A stretch of 63,764 nucleotides of DNA, counting the filler, from Paramecium tetraurelia (Eukaryota), in assembly GCA_000165425.1 (NCBI GenBank). It is 8 parts of 6 records of this genome, joined end to end, with 100 filler letters (N's around TTAATTAATTAA, not from the genome) between each part and the next. Parts side by side here need not be neighbours in the genome. Positions count along the whole stretch, not along the records: positions 37,111 to 53,181 come from CT868112.1; positions 53,282 to 56,574 come from CT868118.1; 6 more parts are not named here. One strand, 5' to 3'. Every line of letters begins with the position of its first letter. The first letter of the stretch is position 1. The notes under the pieces were generated by a model. That model did no database searches. It was not told the origin of the DNA and worked only from the letters and a program-made list of their open reading frames with translations. A program made the position numbers and the translations under genes. Shown here in pieces: positions 41,143 to 55,640 of the stretch.

Positions 41143-43909
41143 TCAATAATTATTAAGATGTTAATCTAATGTGTTATGCTAGACAAAAAAGTAGATTAGT
41201 TAATTCAAAGGAGTAATTTTTTAATGTCTACTTTACATGCCAATAAGTCTAAAAATAAATATTCTTGAGAATATCATAATTGGTTCAATAATGACATAAA
41301 AATAAAAGAGTGAGCCTAATATAATAAGGGATACTTCAAAATTAATTATTTAAATGTCTATTTAACTAAAAAGATAAATACATATTTACCATTCCTTCAA
41401 TTATAAAACAACCCCTACATAACATAATATATGTATTAGTATATAAAAGATTACAATAGAATTACTACATTTCCCACCAAATCTGTAAATTGACTAAACT
41501 ATCTTTAGAATCATTCTAATAAGTAAGTAAATTCCGCAATTGACGAATAATATTATGAATAATGGATACATATCTATCAAATTTACTTACAAAAATGTAA
41601 ATAAGATGAAAATACTTAATTTTATTGATAGCTACAAAAACCGATAGCTTTTTGGAAGAATAGGGTCTTCCATATAAAAGCAGGATAATACTTCATGAAT
41701 AAACTAGATATTAATAACGCTATTTACTTTGAAGTATTTCTTGAATAGAGCAAAATTTCCTGGATAAAAGATGATTTACTAAGTTTTTCCTTATTTCAAA
41801 GTTTCATCTATGCTATTTTCTGTTTCTAATCTGGATTCTATTTGTAATTATTTAGATCTCATTTCGATTTAAAGTAATTCATAATAGATGAAGAAAGAGA
41901 AAACTATAAAAATGCCATGAAATAATAATATTGGTTACTCATCTAATTTTACATTTGAATTGTCAATTCTATTTTCCTAAGAATCTTAAGTGCCATTATA
42001 TTATTATATGGTTGAGTTGTTGGGATATTAAATTAAAAAGATACTTCCTAATTTTTGGCATCTGCATAATACTTACACAGTTGTATTATTAATTTCCTCA
42101 GTTATAAAATCACATTTAAATAATTATCCTTACATATTGATATTAACACAATCATATGAATAGGGTTTTTCTAAAGTAACCTATTCTTAACAGTATGGAA
42201 TTTAAATCATATCGATTATATATGTTGTAAGTGGATCCTAATAATGTAGAGAACGATTATTATAAAGATGATTTTGTAGATAAAGTTTCTTTTGGGTATT
42301 CTCATTAATTTATAGAGTGGTTATATTAAAGAAAGTTTACAATTATGTTTATAATTCTTTAGATAGATTTAAATAATTGTAATTTAATTCTATTTGTTCT
42401 TTTTGAACAAAGTCTATCAAACCATCTAATTAATCTCTTTCAATGTTAAATTGCGTATTAAACTTTCCTTTAGTAATTTTGGACAATTACCATTTTATGA
42501 TTTGCCCATCATTAATTAATGGAGAGCCATTTACTTTTGCCTAAACATTAACATGCATTGAAATTTCATCAATAAGACTTATTAATCCCTCTGCTACATT
42601 AATAATCTATTTTTTATCTAAATTAGAATTAATGGTGGCCATTGGAATCTTAAGAAATACATCCTCCATTAAAAGAGATGCCGCTACTAAAGAGTCCAAA
42701 AAAGCTACTTTGCTCTAATACAATTTTTCATTCAAGAGCACATCATTTTAGTTAATTTAATCCTTAATATCTATTAACTTTGTTATCATTTTCTGAACAG
42801 TAGCATTCATATATTGTAACTCTGCTTGTAAACTAGAGGCAGTGACAATTGATGAAGTATTAAATAGTGTACTTTGGACATAAAAGGATTTTGTAGAATT
42901 TTAAAAGCAACTCTCTGAATTCTAATTTAATAATCTCTTTTAGGAGTTTAAATTATCATGATCTTGGATTATTCTTTTATACAGTTTCACGGTTTGATAA
43001 ACTAATAATTGATCATCATTCTCTTCTGCATCTAAAAAGGTTTTGATATTTGAATATATCTATTTGGAAAGATCAATACAATTTTATTATTATTAATGGT
43101 TCAATAGAATTTCTAATAATAATGAAATTTAATATCTTAAAGTATAATGCTGAATGTTTATCTAGGAACAATTAAGCATAGTCTTAGTTATATTTAACTA
43201 TTTCTAAATATTTGAGTAAGATCCTTTAGAATCCATTGCTTATATTAGAAGAATGCCATCAGAAAACGGTAAAGAGCATTCAATAATATATGAGCTTGAA
43301 TAACTACTCAAGATTAATGAATAATCATTTTTTCGATTCAAAAAATCAATAAAATCTTAATTGTGAAGAAAATATCTTAATTGGTAAGTAAATGGAGCTG
43401 TATTAGAAAAATAGCAATTTGTAATTATCTTTAAAGGTTTTAATGCTTGAACTATTTATTCACTCAAGCTCACTAAACAGGAGGGAGGTAAATTAATCTT
43501 TATTTATAAATCCTCTTGGCAAGGTATGATCTCATTAGTAAACTATGCCAGAAATTTCAAATTAATTTTAGTTCCCTCTGAAAATTTCTAATAATAATCG
43601 AATATATTAAATTAGAATTAAAAATACTCAGATTGCAATATCTTTACAAGTTCGAAATTATAAATAATAGCAACTTGATACTCAAGAAGATACTACCTAT
43701 CTTGAAAAGGAATATTAATAATGAACTCCAAATTTTCGTAGTTATTGACTGGTCTCATTAAATATCCTTAATTGTAGGTGACATTCAATAATTCAAAATT
43801 TTCATCTATATAGACTAATTTTTATTCAAACTTATATTAGCGTGATCGTTTTTTAGCCACTACTGTCCAACTTTAAATAGTATAAGGATATATTGTGTAT
43901 TTTGGAATG
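41143..43909 (-). CDS. 3' part of polycystin-1-like protein: end of REJ-like region, GAIN/GPS-like motif, multiple TM helices
   Basis: FKCDFITEEINNTTVQVLCRCQKLGSIFL is followed by TM PILLFHGIFIVFSFFIYY, FIHEVLSCFY...KSYRFLQL and further hydrophobic helices. Candidate 24-nt introns near 41715 and 41378; TGA 41143-41145. Confidence 0.75.
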
Positions 43910-45060
43910 NNNNNNNNNNNNNNNNNNNNNNNNNNNNNNNNNNNNNNNNNNNNNNNNNNNNNNNNNNNNNNNNNNNNNNNNNNNNNNNNNNNNNNNNNNN
44001 NNNNNNNNNNNNNNNNNNNNNNNNNNNNNNNNNNNNNNNNNNNNNNNNNNNNNNNNNNNGCACTCTCTGAATTCAATTTAATAATCTCTTTTTGGAGTTT
44101 GAATTATCATGATCTTGGATTATTCTTTTATAGAGTTTCACGGTTTGATAAACTAATAATTGATCATCATTCTCTTCTGCATCTAAAAAGGTTTTGATAT
44201 TTGAGTATAACTATTTGGAAAGATCAATACAACTTTATTATGCTTTATGGTTCATTATGATTTCTAATAATAATGAAATTTAATATCTTAAAGTATATTG
44301 CTGAATGTTTATCAAGGAACAATTAAGCACAGTCTAAGTTATATTTAACTATTTCTAAATATTTGAGTATGATCCCTTAGAATCCATTGCTTATATTAAA
44401 AGAATGCCATCAGAAAATGGAAAAGAGCCTTGAATAATATATGAGTTTGAATAACTACTCAAGATTAATGAATAATCATTTGTTCGATCCAAAAAATCAA
44501 TTAAATCTTAATTATGAAGAAAATATCTTAATTGGTAAGTATATGGAGCTGCATTAGAAAAATGGCAATTTGTAATTATCTTTAAAGGTTTTAATGCTTG
44601 AACTATTTATTCACTCAAGCTCACAAAACAGGAAGGAGGTAAATTAATCATTATTTGTAAATCCTCTTGGCAAGGTATGATCTCATTAGTAAACTACGCC
44701 AAAAATTTCAAATTAATTGTATTTCCATCTGAAAATTTCTAATAATAATCAAATATATTAAATTAGAATTAAAAGTATTCAGATTGCAATATCTTTATGA
44801 GTTCGAAATTATAAATGATAGCAACTTGATACTCAAGAAGATACTACCTATCATGAAAAGGAATATTAATGATGAACTCCAAATTTTCGTAGTTATTGAC
44901 TGGTCTCATTAGATATCCTTAATTGTAGGTGACATTCAATAATTCAAAATTTTCATCTATATAGACTAATTTTTATTCAAATTTATATTAGCGTGATTGT
45001 TTTGTAGCCACTACTGTCCAACTTTAAATAGTATAAGGATATATTGTGTATTTTGGAATG
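42907..45060 (+). repeat. ~1 kb imperfect direct repeat (42907-43909 vs 44060-45060) on both sides of a 150-N gap
   Basis: Both copies begin GCA(A)CTCTCTGAATTC and end GTATTTTGGAATG; scattered substitutions, roughly one per 20 nt by eye. Confidence 0.95.
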
Positions 45061-48000
45061 GCTTAGAAAGTATCAGTTTTATTAATTTGGATTATTTTGT
45101 TTTATATATCCACACAGAGGGAATTCATATTAAAGTCAACACATTAGACATCAATTTCAATATTAGGATCCTAATTCCACTTGTATTAAGTATCTAAATC
45201 TTTACATGAGATGAATATTTAAGTATCTTTTCTATGATTCTAAATCTTTTTGGTACCATTAAATTGACAAATAATACCTCCTGAGCTAACTTCAATTGTA
45301 ATATTTCTCTTAGTTGAAAAGTTTACTATTATATCACTTGTTGTTTATTCAAAAGTGTATGCAACCATTGGAGTTAAAGTATATCTTTCAATAGTAACAA
45401 TAAAACTATGTTGACTTGTGATTTCTGAATAATTTACTCTTGATGACCTGGAATTGGAATCATTTCTATGCACTTCAACTAATGATAAAGAAAATTAAGA
45501 GTTATCAACTTAAGTAGCATTCATATCGGAACAAGCCTTTTTTTTAATTTTAAATTCCAAAACAATAGGTTCAAAGGTATAATATGTAGGTTTTGAAACC
45601 CAAAAAATAGTTGGAAAACGACCAGAATTGGTTTACAATCTAATTTATTGAACACCTAATTTTGCAACAAAATTTTGAAATTCTATTTCGAATGTAATAT
45701 TGGATTATTTTGGTAGAGTTTCAAATGGGATTACCAATTCTAAAATTTAGTATTTTGTTTATGAAGCAATAAAGTTATCAAGCTCACCATTGCCATTAGG
45801 TCCAATTACAAAATAGGTCCATTTTATTTCAACCAAACTTCTAAATCCATCATTTAATATTGATTTCAAAGGTATTATATTATCATCACAAGGATTTATT
45901 AACTAAGTAGGTTCATCGTATATTAGAATAGGAGACACAGGATTTATGGGGCTTTTAATTTCATTAAAGATAAAAACAGTTAAAGGCTAATCGCAACCTT
46001 AATGGCCCAAATGGTTTCCTTAGAACAAGATTAAATCTCCTGGAAGAATCTTAGGCTATTATCCTACCTCTAATATTATTATGGTATCATCATTAGGATC
46101 AATATAACAATTAGGATTCCTACCAAGTAATTGATAAGTTTGATCTTCTAATATTTTTTTACAAATATTCTCTTAAAATTGAGTAATGAAAAAATTTGGA
46201 TTCAAGGAAAAATCAAATTTGACCTATATGGACAGTAAGTCATCAGAGAACCTAATTTTGAGTACAGCAACTTAACAAGCTTGGATATTTATAGAAATCA
46301 ATACTTGAACACCATGGAGTATCAGGATAGCTCACTGAACCTAGTGGCTAATCACAAGACATTTCAGGAGATAAGATCCTATTGGCTTTACATGTTAGAC
46401 AGCCATTTAAGTTGCAAGTTTAGCATAACCAGTTACAACCCTAACAAGAATCATTCAAGTAATCATCATATTATCCATCAGGACATGAACAAATAGGTAT
46501 GTTAATACGATCTCCTTTACAACTTAAACAATTCTTTGGGGAATTTTTGCATGTTTTACATTAAAACGAACATTCTTAAAGTATAAATACTTAAAATACA
46601 ATCACAATGAGGTTATCCACTTTCAAAATACCCCTCTTAACAAATGCAAAGTTGAGTGATTCGACCTTCTTAGCATGATAAACAATTAGAAGGAGTCTTT
46701 TCACAACTTTAACATTAATTTTCACAAGCTATATTATAATGATAGCTGTTTACGTTCGCAAATCCCAGAGAAAGTCTCAAAATAACCAAGTTTACAGTTA
46801 CAAGTTGGAGGTGCTTCTCTTAGATCTCCATAGCAATTTAAACAATTATTTGATGAGTTTTAACACAATCTACATTATGGACTGCATTTTAAGCAATCTG
46901 ATTACATGTTGTTATCATAGTACCCATCCTTGCAAATACAATTCTTAGAGATGCTTAATCTATTTGAAGTTTAAGATTAAACACAACTTAAACAATTATC
47001 TTTCTAGTCAACACAGGTTTAACATTTATAATGACATCCTGATTATATAACAATTAATACTTTGACATATTTTACTGATATCTTAATAAAAACCTTATTA
47101 ACAAGGGCATTTATTGATAAAAGATTGATCAATTCTATATTGATAAATATCACAACTTGTACAAAAATCTTTTTACCCTTAACAAGTGAGACATTGATTG
47201 GAGCACTCTATAAATAAATCATAATTTTACTTTGGCAAATTAATTAACCAATATCATAGTATCCACTTTAACAAATACATTGATTTAGATTTAATGATCT
47301 AAAGTGTTGGGTATAGTTACAAGAAGTGCATTAAGTTGAAGACTACTAACAAGTAAAACAAATTGGGTCACATAGTTAACACATCTCAATCCCAATATCA
47401 TAATATCCATCCTAACAAATACATTAATTAGACTTTAAAAGTCTATAATAGAGTGATTCACATGATAAGCAATTTGTAGGTGAAGTTTAACAAGTCTTAC
47501 AACTATAATCGCATACTTATTATATTCTTAAATTTTTTACATTAACAATTCTTTGCATTAACCTCATAATATCCGTCTTTGCATGGACATTCTAAATTAT
47601 TTGGATCAAGATATCTAGTAAAATCTTCACATTCTGTGCATTCTAGCTATGACCTACACTCTTAACACTAAATCGGACAAGCTGAATATATCTAAAAATA
47701 TACCTTCACATTTTGAATTCGAAGAATTAAAATAGAACCCTGGAGAACAAACGCATTTATTTGAGGCATCCAGACTGAGATTGTACAAAGCATTACAAGT
47801 TAGGCAATAAGTAGAAAATAAATTACAAGTTAAACAAGACGAATCGCAAGATTTACAATCTAAAGAAACTGTATCTTCATAATATCCATCCTTGCATACA
47901 CAAATATTTCCTAAAGAAAGTATTCTAAAATTATCCTGTGAACATGTTGTACAATAGTTCTCTTAGTTGATACATGTTTCGCAAGTTTTACTACAATATA

Positions 48001-51000
48001 AACACTGTTTATCATTGCCACTCTCATATGTACCATCTATACAGTTGCATTAATTGTTAAATAATAACCTCAAAGATTTGCAAGAAGTACAATTAGTGAG
48101 TGAATTTTCACATGTATTACAAGTAATATCACAATCTTGGCATTATTCATCAATTTCAATAGTTCCAGGCTTGCAAATGCAAGTTTTAGTTATTTTATTT
48201 ATAATTCTTATTGAATCACATTCTGTACACATCTTCGGATTAATTGAGCAATTCTAAACAATTCTGATCACATTTATCACATAAAACCTGACCAATTTCA
48301 AAATAACCTGTATTACATAAACAACTATTCCCTTCAAAATGTCTCGTTGATTCACAGGATGTACAATAGGTTGCAGTGTTTTAACAAGTCAAACATGAAA
48401 TTTAGCACTTCTGACAATTAGGAGACATTCCATCATCAAAATATCCAGGCAAACAAACACAGACTCCTTTATTAAAGACTCGAAAAGAAATTGACTTGTC
48501 TTTACAGGATTCACAAAATTCATTTCCAAAAGAATTACAAGCCAAACAAGAATAATGGCATTTCTAACAAGCTTCAACTCCAATATCATAATAAGATTCC
48601 ATGCAGTTACAAGTAAAAATCAATGGATTTAATACTCTATTGAATGTAGATGAACATGTATCGCATTTTGTAGAAAAGGAGGAGCAATATTAGCAAGAAT
48701 AGTGGCATTCTATTAATAATATAATTCTAAATACTTTAGCATATAGGATTAGATCCATCATCAAAATATCCTTGTTAACAAACGCACCGTGAAATTGATA
48801 AATTTCTAAAAGTATTTGGAGCACAAGTTAAACAATTGGTAAGCATGCTTTCACAAGTTTCACAACTATATTGGCATTCTAATATCTTTGTTTACAAGAG
48901 TACTTTAACATTATGGTTCTCCAATATCAACATTTGGTGAGGCACAAATACAAGTAGAATTTGATAATATTCTACCCTCACTATCCAAACATTTACTACA
49001 TTGATTAAATTCGGATCCATAACATTCAAGGCAAGTATAATGACAACCTATATTAAATTAATTAGATCAAACTTTGACAATCAACTTTGCCTGATTTTTC
49101 GTACTTGCTAATGAGGGCACCATTTATCTTGTTTGGGCAAATACAAGTATTGCCCTGTAAGTATCTATCTGGTTTACAAGATATACAATTATCAGCAGAG
49201 TTTACACATTTCAAACAACGGGGATTGCATGCTAACAATAGTTTGATTAATACCTAAACAACCAGCTTATCCAGGATCATAGTAACTATTCATACATAAA
49301 CAAGACCCTGAGGGATCCAATTATCTCATAATTTAAGTATAACAGGATGTGCATTAATTTGATTCAGGTCCATTACATGTTAAGCAAGTATAATGACAGG
49401 CTAATTTGAATTAGATATATACGAATGCAAATTGGATTATTAGGTTATTCGTACATATTAGCTTGGCAAGAGCATGAATTATCTGTTCCTAGATCCCTAT
49501 AAGATTGAGGTGGGCAAGCTGTACAATTTTCTATTTCTATGCTGCAACTAGAACAGCGATATGAGCATTCTAGTCTTTACTATATTATTTACTGTAGCAC
49601 ATAGGGTCAGCCTATTTTTCCATATAAGTATCTGGACATAAACATAGATTAGTCCTCAATACTCTATTGTTACTATTCGCACATGTTAGACAATTATTTT
49701 CAGCTGGACCAAAACAGGTCATACACTTATAATGGCAAGCTTTTAATACTCATAATAATTACGGGAGCAGATTAATTAGCCTTAGTCGTAATACCCATTC
49801 GGACAAATACATTTCTACATTGATAATTACCGATAAGCAATGTCGCAGGTTAAACAGTTACTATCGTAACCTCCATTACAAGTTAAACAAGTGAAATGAC
49901 ATTCCTAACATTCTAATTTTGTGTCATCACTATATTAGTGAGAATTTCCGCATAAGCATTGAAAAGTGGTTCCTATTTTATCTGGTTTTCTTGTAACTGG
50001 ACAACTTGTACATTGATCTATTCCGACAAATGTACAACTAGAGCATGTATTATGGCAAATTTCTGTAAAATTGAGATATTTAATAAATTACTTTTACAGA
50101 TGATATCGTTGATTCCAGTATCTTAATATCCTAAGTTGCATAAACATTGATTATCAGAAGTCAGAATACGATTGGAGGATGATGAGCAGCTTGTACAATT
50201 ATTTGCTAAGAAACCATTACAATGTTCACAAGTATAATGACATTCTAAAATTAAGAAAATAATTACTAAAGCAAACTTCAGAAATGCCATCATCACCATA
50301 ACCTGTTCTACAAACACACATAAATTAATCAGAAACAACTCTATTCTATCCTTCTAAACACATTGTGCAATATTAATTAACAGTATTATCAAAAGGCTTA
50401 TAACACCTCTCACATTTAGGATGGCAAGCTAATATGCATAATTAAGACTAAAATACTTTAACATGAAGTAGTCCCATCAATGTTATACTATTCAATTGTT
50501 CTTGCTAAGCATGTACATTAACCAGCCACTAATTATTTTTAATATATCATAGGGTCTCCACAATCAGTACAGTCTTCTGAATTTGAGCCATCACAATTTG
50601 TAACATGATTTATGGCAATCTAAACTAACTAAACTGACAATTACATTCACAAATGAAATCGATAACCCCAGTCCAATACGTTCCTTAAGGGCAATGTCTA
50701 ATAAAAAATTACAAAGTCTCTGATGCCAAATGATGATGGTGTTGTTTTATATTTACTGGAGTGTTTTGAAACATCTAATTGACTGCTCGTGTGATCTAAT
50801 TCTACTTCAACTCTATAAAACTATGTTTTATATTCTGATTATGGTTATTATATCTCTCCACAAATCTACCAATCGTAACCATCAGACGATCCAAATTATT
50901 TTTTCCAAACCGAAGCACCAGCTACTGTTAGATCTGCTTCATAATTATTCCAATCCCCAATTTTCGCCCATAAAAATTAAATCTTCAATTTGTCATGTTT

Positions 51001-51592
51001 TGGAATGTTAAAAAAGGACCTACCGACAACAGTACCCTTATCTAACTTTTAAGAACCACCTAATATAGCAGTAGCTAATTCATATTCATTCTTTTTTACA
51101 TCCACATTCTGTTGCTTCAGCAATTCCATATTGTACGTTCCAACCATCGGATAATATTTCATTTACATTTAGTTAGGTCCAACTACTATAAAATGGCTAC
51201 CAAGTTAAACATTAAATAGCTAAATCAGTGGCTTTGCATATTAAGCATCCATCAGGACATTTCTCAACATATATATAGACATCTCTAATTCCCCAAGATT
51301 ACTTAAAAAATATTCTAATTTTTCTTACAACACTACCATCTGCGGTTAAAGTAGTCATGAGCAAAATTACTACTGTAGGACCTGAATGATCTTGAATTGA
51401 CTCAGAAATAAAGCATGAGTCACCCACTTAATCATTTCCACACATTGAAATTCCCAGACTTGCAGCTACTGGAACCGAATATACCAAATCCTGATCAAAA
51501 TAAACCATAAATTTTTCGTTATTCCACGAGTCAATGCTATAATATTTACAGATAAAACATGCAAAATTACAATACCAATTTCAACTAATAAA
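44060..51592 (-). CDS. 5' part of polycystin-1-like protein: long array of furin-like/EGF-like Cys repeats, then REJ-like region; start in gap
   Basis: More than 20 CHxxCxTC...CxSC...CxCxxGY repeats (46250-50700) with many tiny introns. N-terminal blocks end in WGIR/FGIRDF, and a beta-rich REJ-like segment lies below 46250. Confidence 0.8.
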
Positions 51593-54500
51593 NNNNNNNN
51601 NNNNNNNNNNNNNNNNNNNNNNNNNNNNNNNNNNNNNNNNNNNNNNNNNNNNNNNNNNNNNNNNNNNNNNNNNNNNNNNNNNNNNNNNNNNNNNNNNNNN
51701 NNNNNNNNNNNNNNNNNNNNNNNNNNNNNNNNNNNNNNNNNNNNNNNNNNNNNNNNNNNNNNNNNNNNNNNNNNNNNNNNNNNNNNNNNNNNNNNNNNNN
51801 NNNNNNNNNNNNNNNNNNNNNNNNNNNNNNNNNNNNNNNNNNNNNNNNNNNNNNNNNNNNNNNNNNNNNNNNNNNNNNNNNNNNNNNNNNNNNNNNNNNN
51901 NNNNNNNNNNNNNNNNNNNNNNNNNNNNNNNNNNNNNNNNNNNNNNNNNNNNNNNNNNNNNNNNNNNNNNNNNNNNNNNNNNNNNNNNNNNNNNNNNNNN
52001 NNNNNNNNNNNNNNNNNNNNNNNNNACGATTAATAGTTGATTTAATTGGCTTTTTATATATAAATAAAATTTACATTCTACTCTGATATATAAAAAATAT
52101 TATTTATTGATTTTTTTTAGAATTTATTTCAATAGCTTAATTAAAAATAGAATATTTTCTAATCTGATTTTGGTTTTAAATTTTATTCAAAAATGCAATT
52201 TGATTTATTTTTAGATACATTTTCATTTCTTCATTATATGATGAAGGTGGAGACCGATGAAATTATTGAAGCTCCCAAAAAAATCAACTAATCTACAAAA
52301 TTATAATTTAAATATGTTCATGGATAGAATGAATATATTTTTTTTCAAAAAGTTGAGATCAAGGCTTTAGACAAAAATTCTTAGTAATAACTTACTTGAA
52401 ATAGTGCGATTATTTGAAATCGTTTTCTATGCTGTAAGCCTAGCTATTTCTACTTAAGTATAATAAATGTATTAATGAACCTTAACCACTTGGATTAGTA
52501 ACCAAATACCACTAGGTAAGTTGAACAACTTTTTTTTATAAAGAGGTCTTAGAAATACATTTTGAGCTTATATATTCAGTGTAAAAGTTCTAATATTAGT
52601 AACCTCCCCCTGATGAGTTTGAGATATGAACTTCGCGTTAATATAGAAAAGTTCTATCATTGAATTATTTTGCTTTGCTCTGGACATTTAAAGCAATGTT
52701 ATGTCATTGTCTCTTCTCTTATTATGTCTAACTACTTATTAAGTATTGATTGGTTCTTAACTAAGCGCTATATATTTAGCTGCAAATAAATTTTGAGGAT
52801 TTTAACACAAAAAAGTCTTAATTATTGCCGATTTTAAAACTTATAGATGTAGATTTAGCTCTTTATTTTCTTCATCTATTTTAAATTTATAATTTCTCTT
52901 TATTTTATGCATTATAGTATAAATGTCAAACTCCTTTTTGTTATATTAAAGATACTTAATTAAAAAAAACGAATTAGATTCTTACTATAAACTTTTGTTT
53001 CTAATTTTAAAGAAATTTTTCAATCTAATATATAGTTTTTGGGAGAATTAATGTAAAAATTATGGGCTTTAAGCATCAGAAAATTTAAAGGCATAAATTA
53101 CAAATTTGCTCTCATTTTAGAATTTTTAAAAGACTTTTCTATATCAAAATACATAATGAAGTTATGTACAATACCAAGAGTNNNNNNNNNNNNNNNNNNN
53201 NNNNNNNNNNNNNNNNNNNNNNNNNTTAATTAATTAANNNNNNNNNNNNNNNNNNNNNNNNNNNNNNNNNNNNNNNNNNNNTGCATAATATTGTATAGCA
53301 GGCTCAGATTATTAGAATAACTAGGATTTATTTCAAGAGAGCAAAATATCTTTTTATGCATAATTGAATTGACGATTTTTGACAACACTTTGTGATTACT
53401 GCAATAGAAATTTATATCATAATGATTATGAAGTAGGCCATCTTATTTGTAGTGTGATGTGTCATTGTTTCCAGAAATGCAATTTTTCAATTTTCGAACA
53501 GAGCGAACACGTGAGGCAGCAGAGTGAGAGTAAAGAGTACATATTTAGATTTTGACTGGTAAGAAATAAATTACTATTTTTTTGCAAGAGCAAGTAGAAA
53601 TGGAAGAAGTTTAAATAGTGTTATATTATTCAAATTTTGATAGAACATATCAAAAGTTGAGCAAATGTTAGCATCTGATCCGTTTATTGTTGCAGAAAAG
53701 ATTATATAATAAAACTATATTTATAATAATAGCTGCAACACAATAACACAATGAATACATGAAGTAGCCCATTGATCAGGTATAGCAGAATGGATGGATA
53801 TTGGAAACAGCTCACGATACATCCTCATCTAATATTGGTAAAAAATGTTCAAACAGTAGGATCAATAGATTATGCGGTTATTTCAGTCTTGTATGGAATA
53901 TTAAGATTCATATAGATTGAGCATTTATTTAACTGTCATAATATGCAAAACTACATGATTCTTCAGGAATACAGATCAAAAATATGCACGACTTGATAAG
54001 TGTGGAAATACGTAGCAACACATAACTATCAGGCTGTGAAACTAGAATTTTTATTGCAAAACTTAGCATTTGGTTCACCTCATAAATAGTAAGTGAATCG
54101 TTTTAATAGTGCAAGTTTTACAGAGCAATATCTAATAAGATAGTAATTGCACTGTAGTTTTCTAGGTTATTCCAATATATTTAGCATTAGGAACAGTGTT
54201 GGAAGCTATTTAACCATTTATAGAAATAAGGGAATATTTAATATCCATCTCTAGCATCTAATGCTATGCACTCAGTATCTTTCTAGCAAATTAGAAATTC
54301 ATTAAGTGTTCTAGCATAGACAACACTAAATTATGTAAAAGTGAAAGCATTTCTGTAGGCTTCTTTCATGAATTGAATTTCTCTAAAGTAACAGGAGTCG
54401 CTGAAAGATTCTAGTATTTTCAGATGGTGTCAAGTATTTAGTTTCAGACACAATTTGTAAGCCATCCATCTCAAATAATACTAACAATTCTTGTGTCAAC

Positions 54501-55389
54501 AAAAAATTAATGATTAGCATAAAATTCCATCAAATACAAGAAAATGGGCGAAATAGGACAACCATAAGATATTGATCAAAAGTTGTAGCAGCAAGATTGG
54601 ATATTTTTGCAATATGAGAAGGATGATATTAGAACATGAGTTATTGGTAATCAATTAAATCAATAAGTTTAGTGTGTCCAAAGACAGATGATCGATTAGG
54701 AGTTTCTTAAATTATCTACTAGCGTTAAAAAAGAAGAAGTAATTTGCAAAAAGCTTACAAGTGGTCGTGTAAATGATTGCCTGTGCTATGGTGCAGTTAA
54801 GTTTAGAATCTTATTCAGATGATACTATCCATTCAGAACCATAATCAGAACAACAATCTAATCTATGAGGGACATACAAAGCATTTATCACCAAGCTTTG
54901 AATAATTAGATGCCATTTAAAGTATCACTCGCTTTAACTAGACGAAGTTAAAAAGGAGCTATATTCAACCATTAGTTTTTGATATTCTAAAATACATCAA
55001 GCAGCTGTGCCAATAACATTATATGATGGTTTCGCACATTGTTGTTTTCAAATAGCAAACAATGAAATTATTTGAATAATATGCAAATAGAACATTTTCT
55101 ACTTGAATAATTTATATACTGTTGCTTGTACCTGTTCGAGAAGATTACTATAAGATGGGTGGTACCAAATAAGTTATTGTGAACATAACTATAGATTGCC
55201 ATAGATAATAAAACCAACAATAACACATAGTTATGTCTTGTGGAGGAGTCAACATGTTTGATCATTTTAGTATCGATCATGAACGAGGGTGGCTACTACT
55301 TAAACTTATTAAAATATGTAAGATGCTATTGGGTATGTAACACTAAAATATAATGTGATAGAAATTCAATATTAATTAAAAAGAATTAA

Positions 55390-55640
55390 ATGAGTTGCGA
55401 ATAAGAGTAAGTTTGAGATTTGGTTGAGATTATAGCTTTATCTAAAGAAGCTGATGAAGTAGTTTTTCCTATCCTCATTAAAATATTAAAAAAGGGAGAA
55501 CATTTTAGATTGTCGATAATTTCTCTCAAATATTCAAAATCTAAGATAAGGAAAGAAGAGACAATATAGGTAGAAAAATGTATATTTGATTATTAAGGCT
55601 TGTGCTCAAAAATATCCATTAAGCACAATATATATAACTG
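55390..55640 (+). pseudogene. Relic resembling the N-terminal helical segment of the expanded Paramecium WD40/pentapeptide-repeat family
   Basis: DLVEIIALSKEADEVVFPILIKILKK with an in-frame TGA upstream and loss of frame downstream; family similarity is from memory only. Confidence 0.35.
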
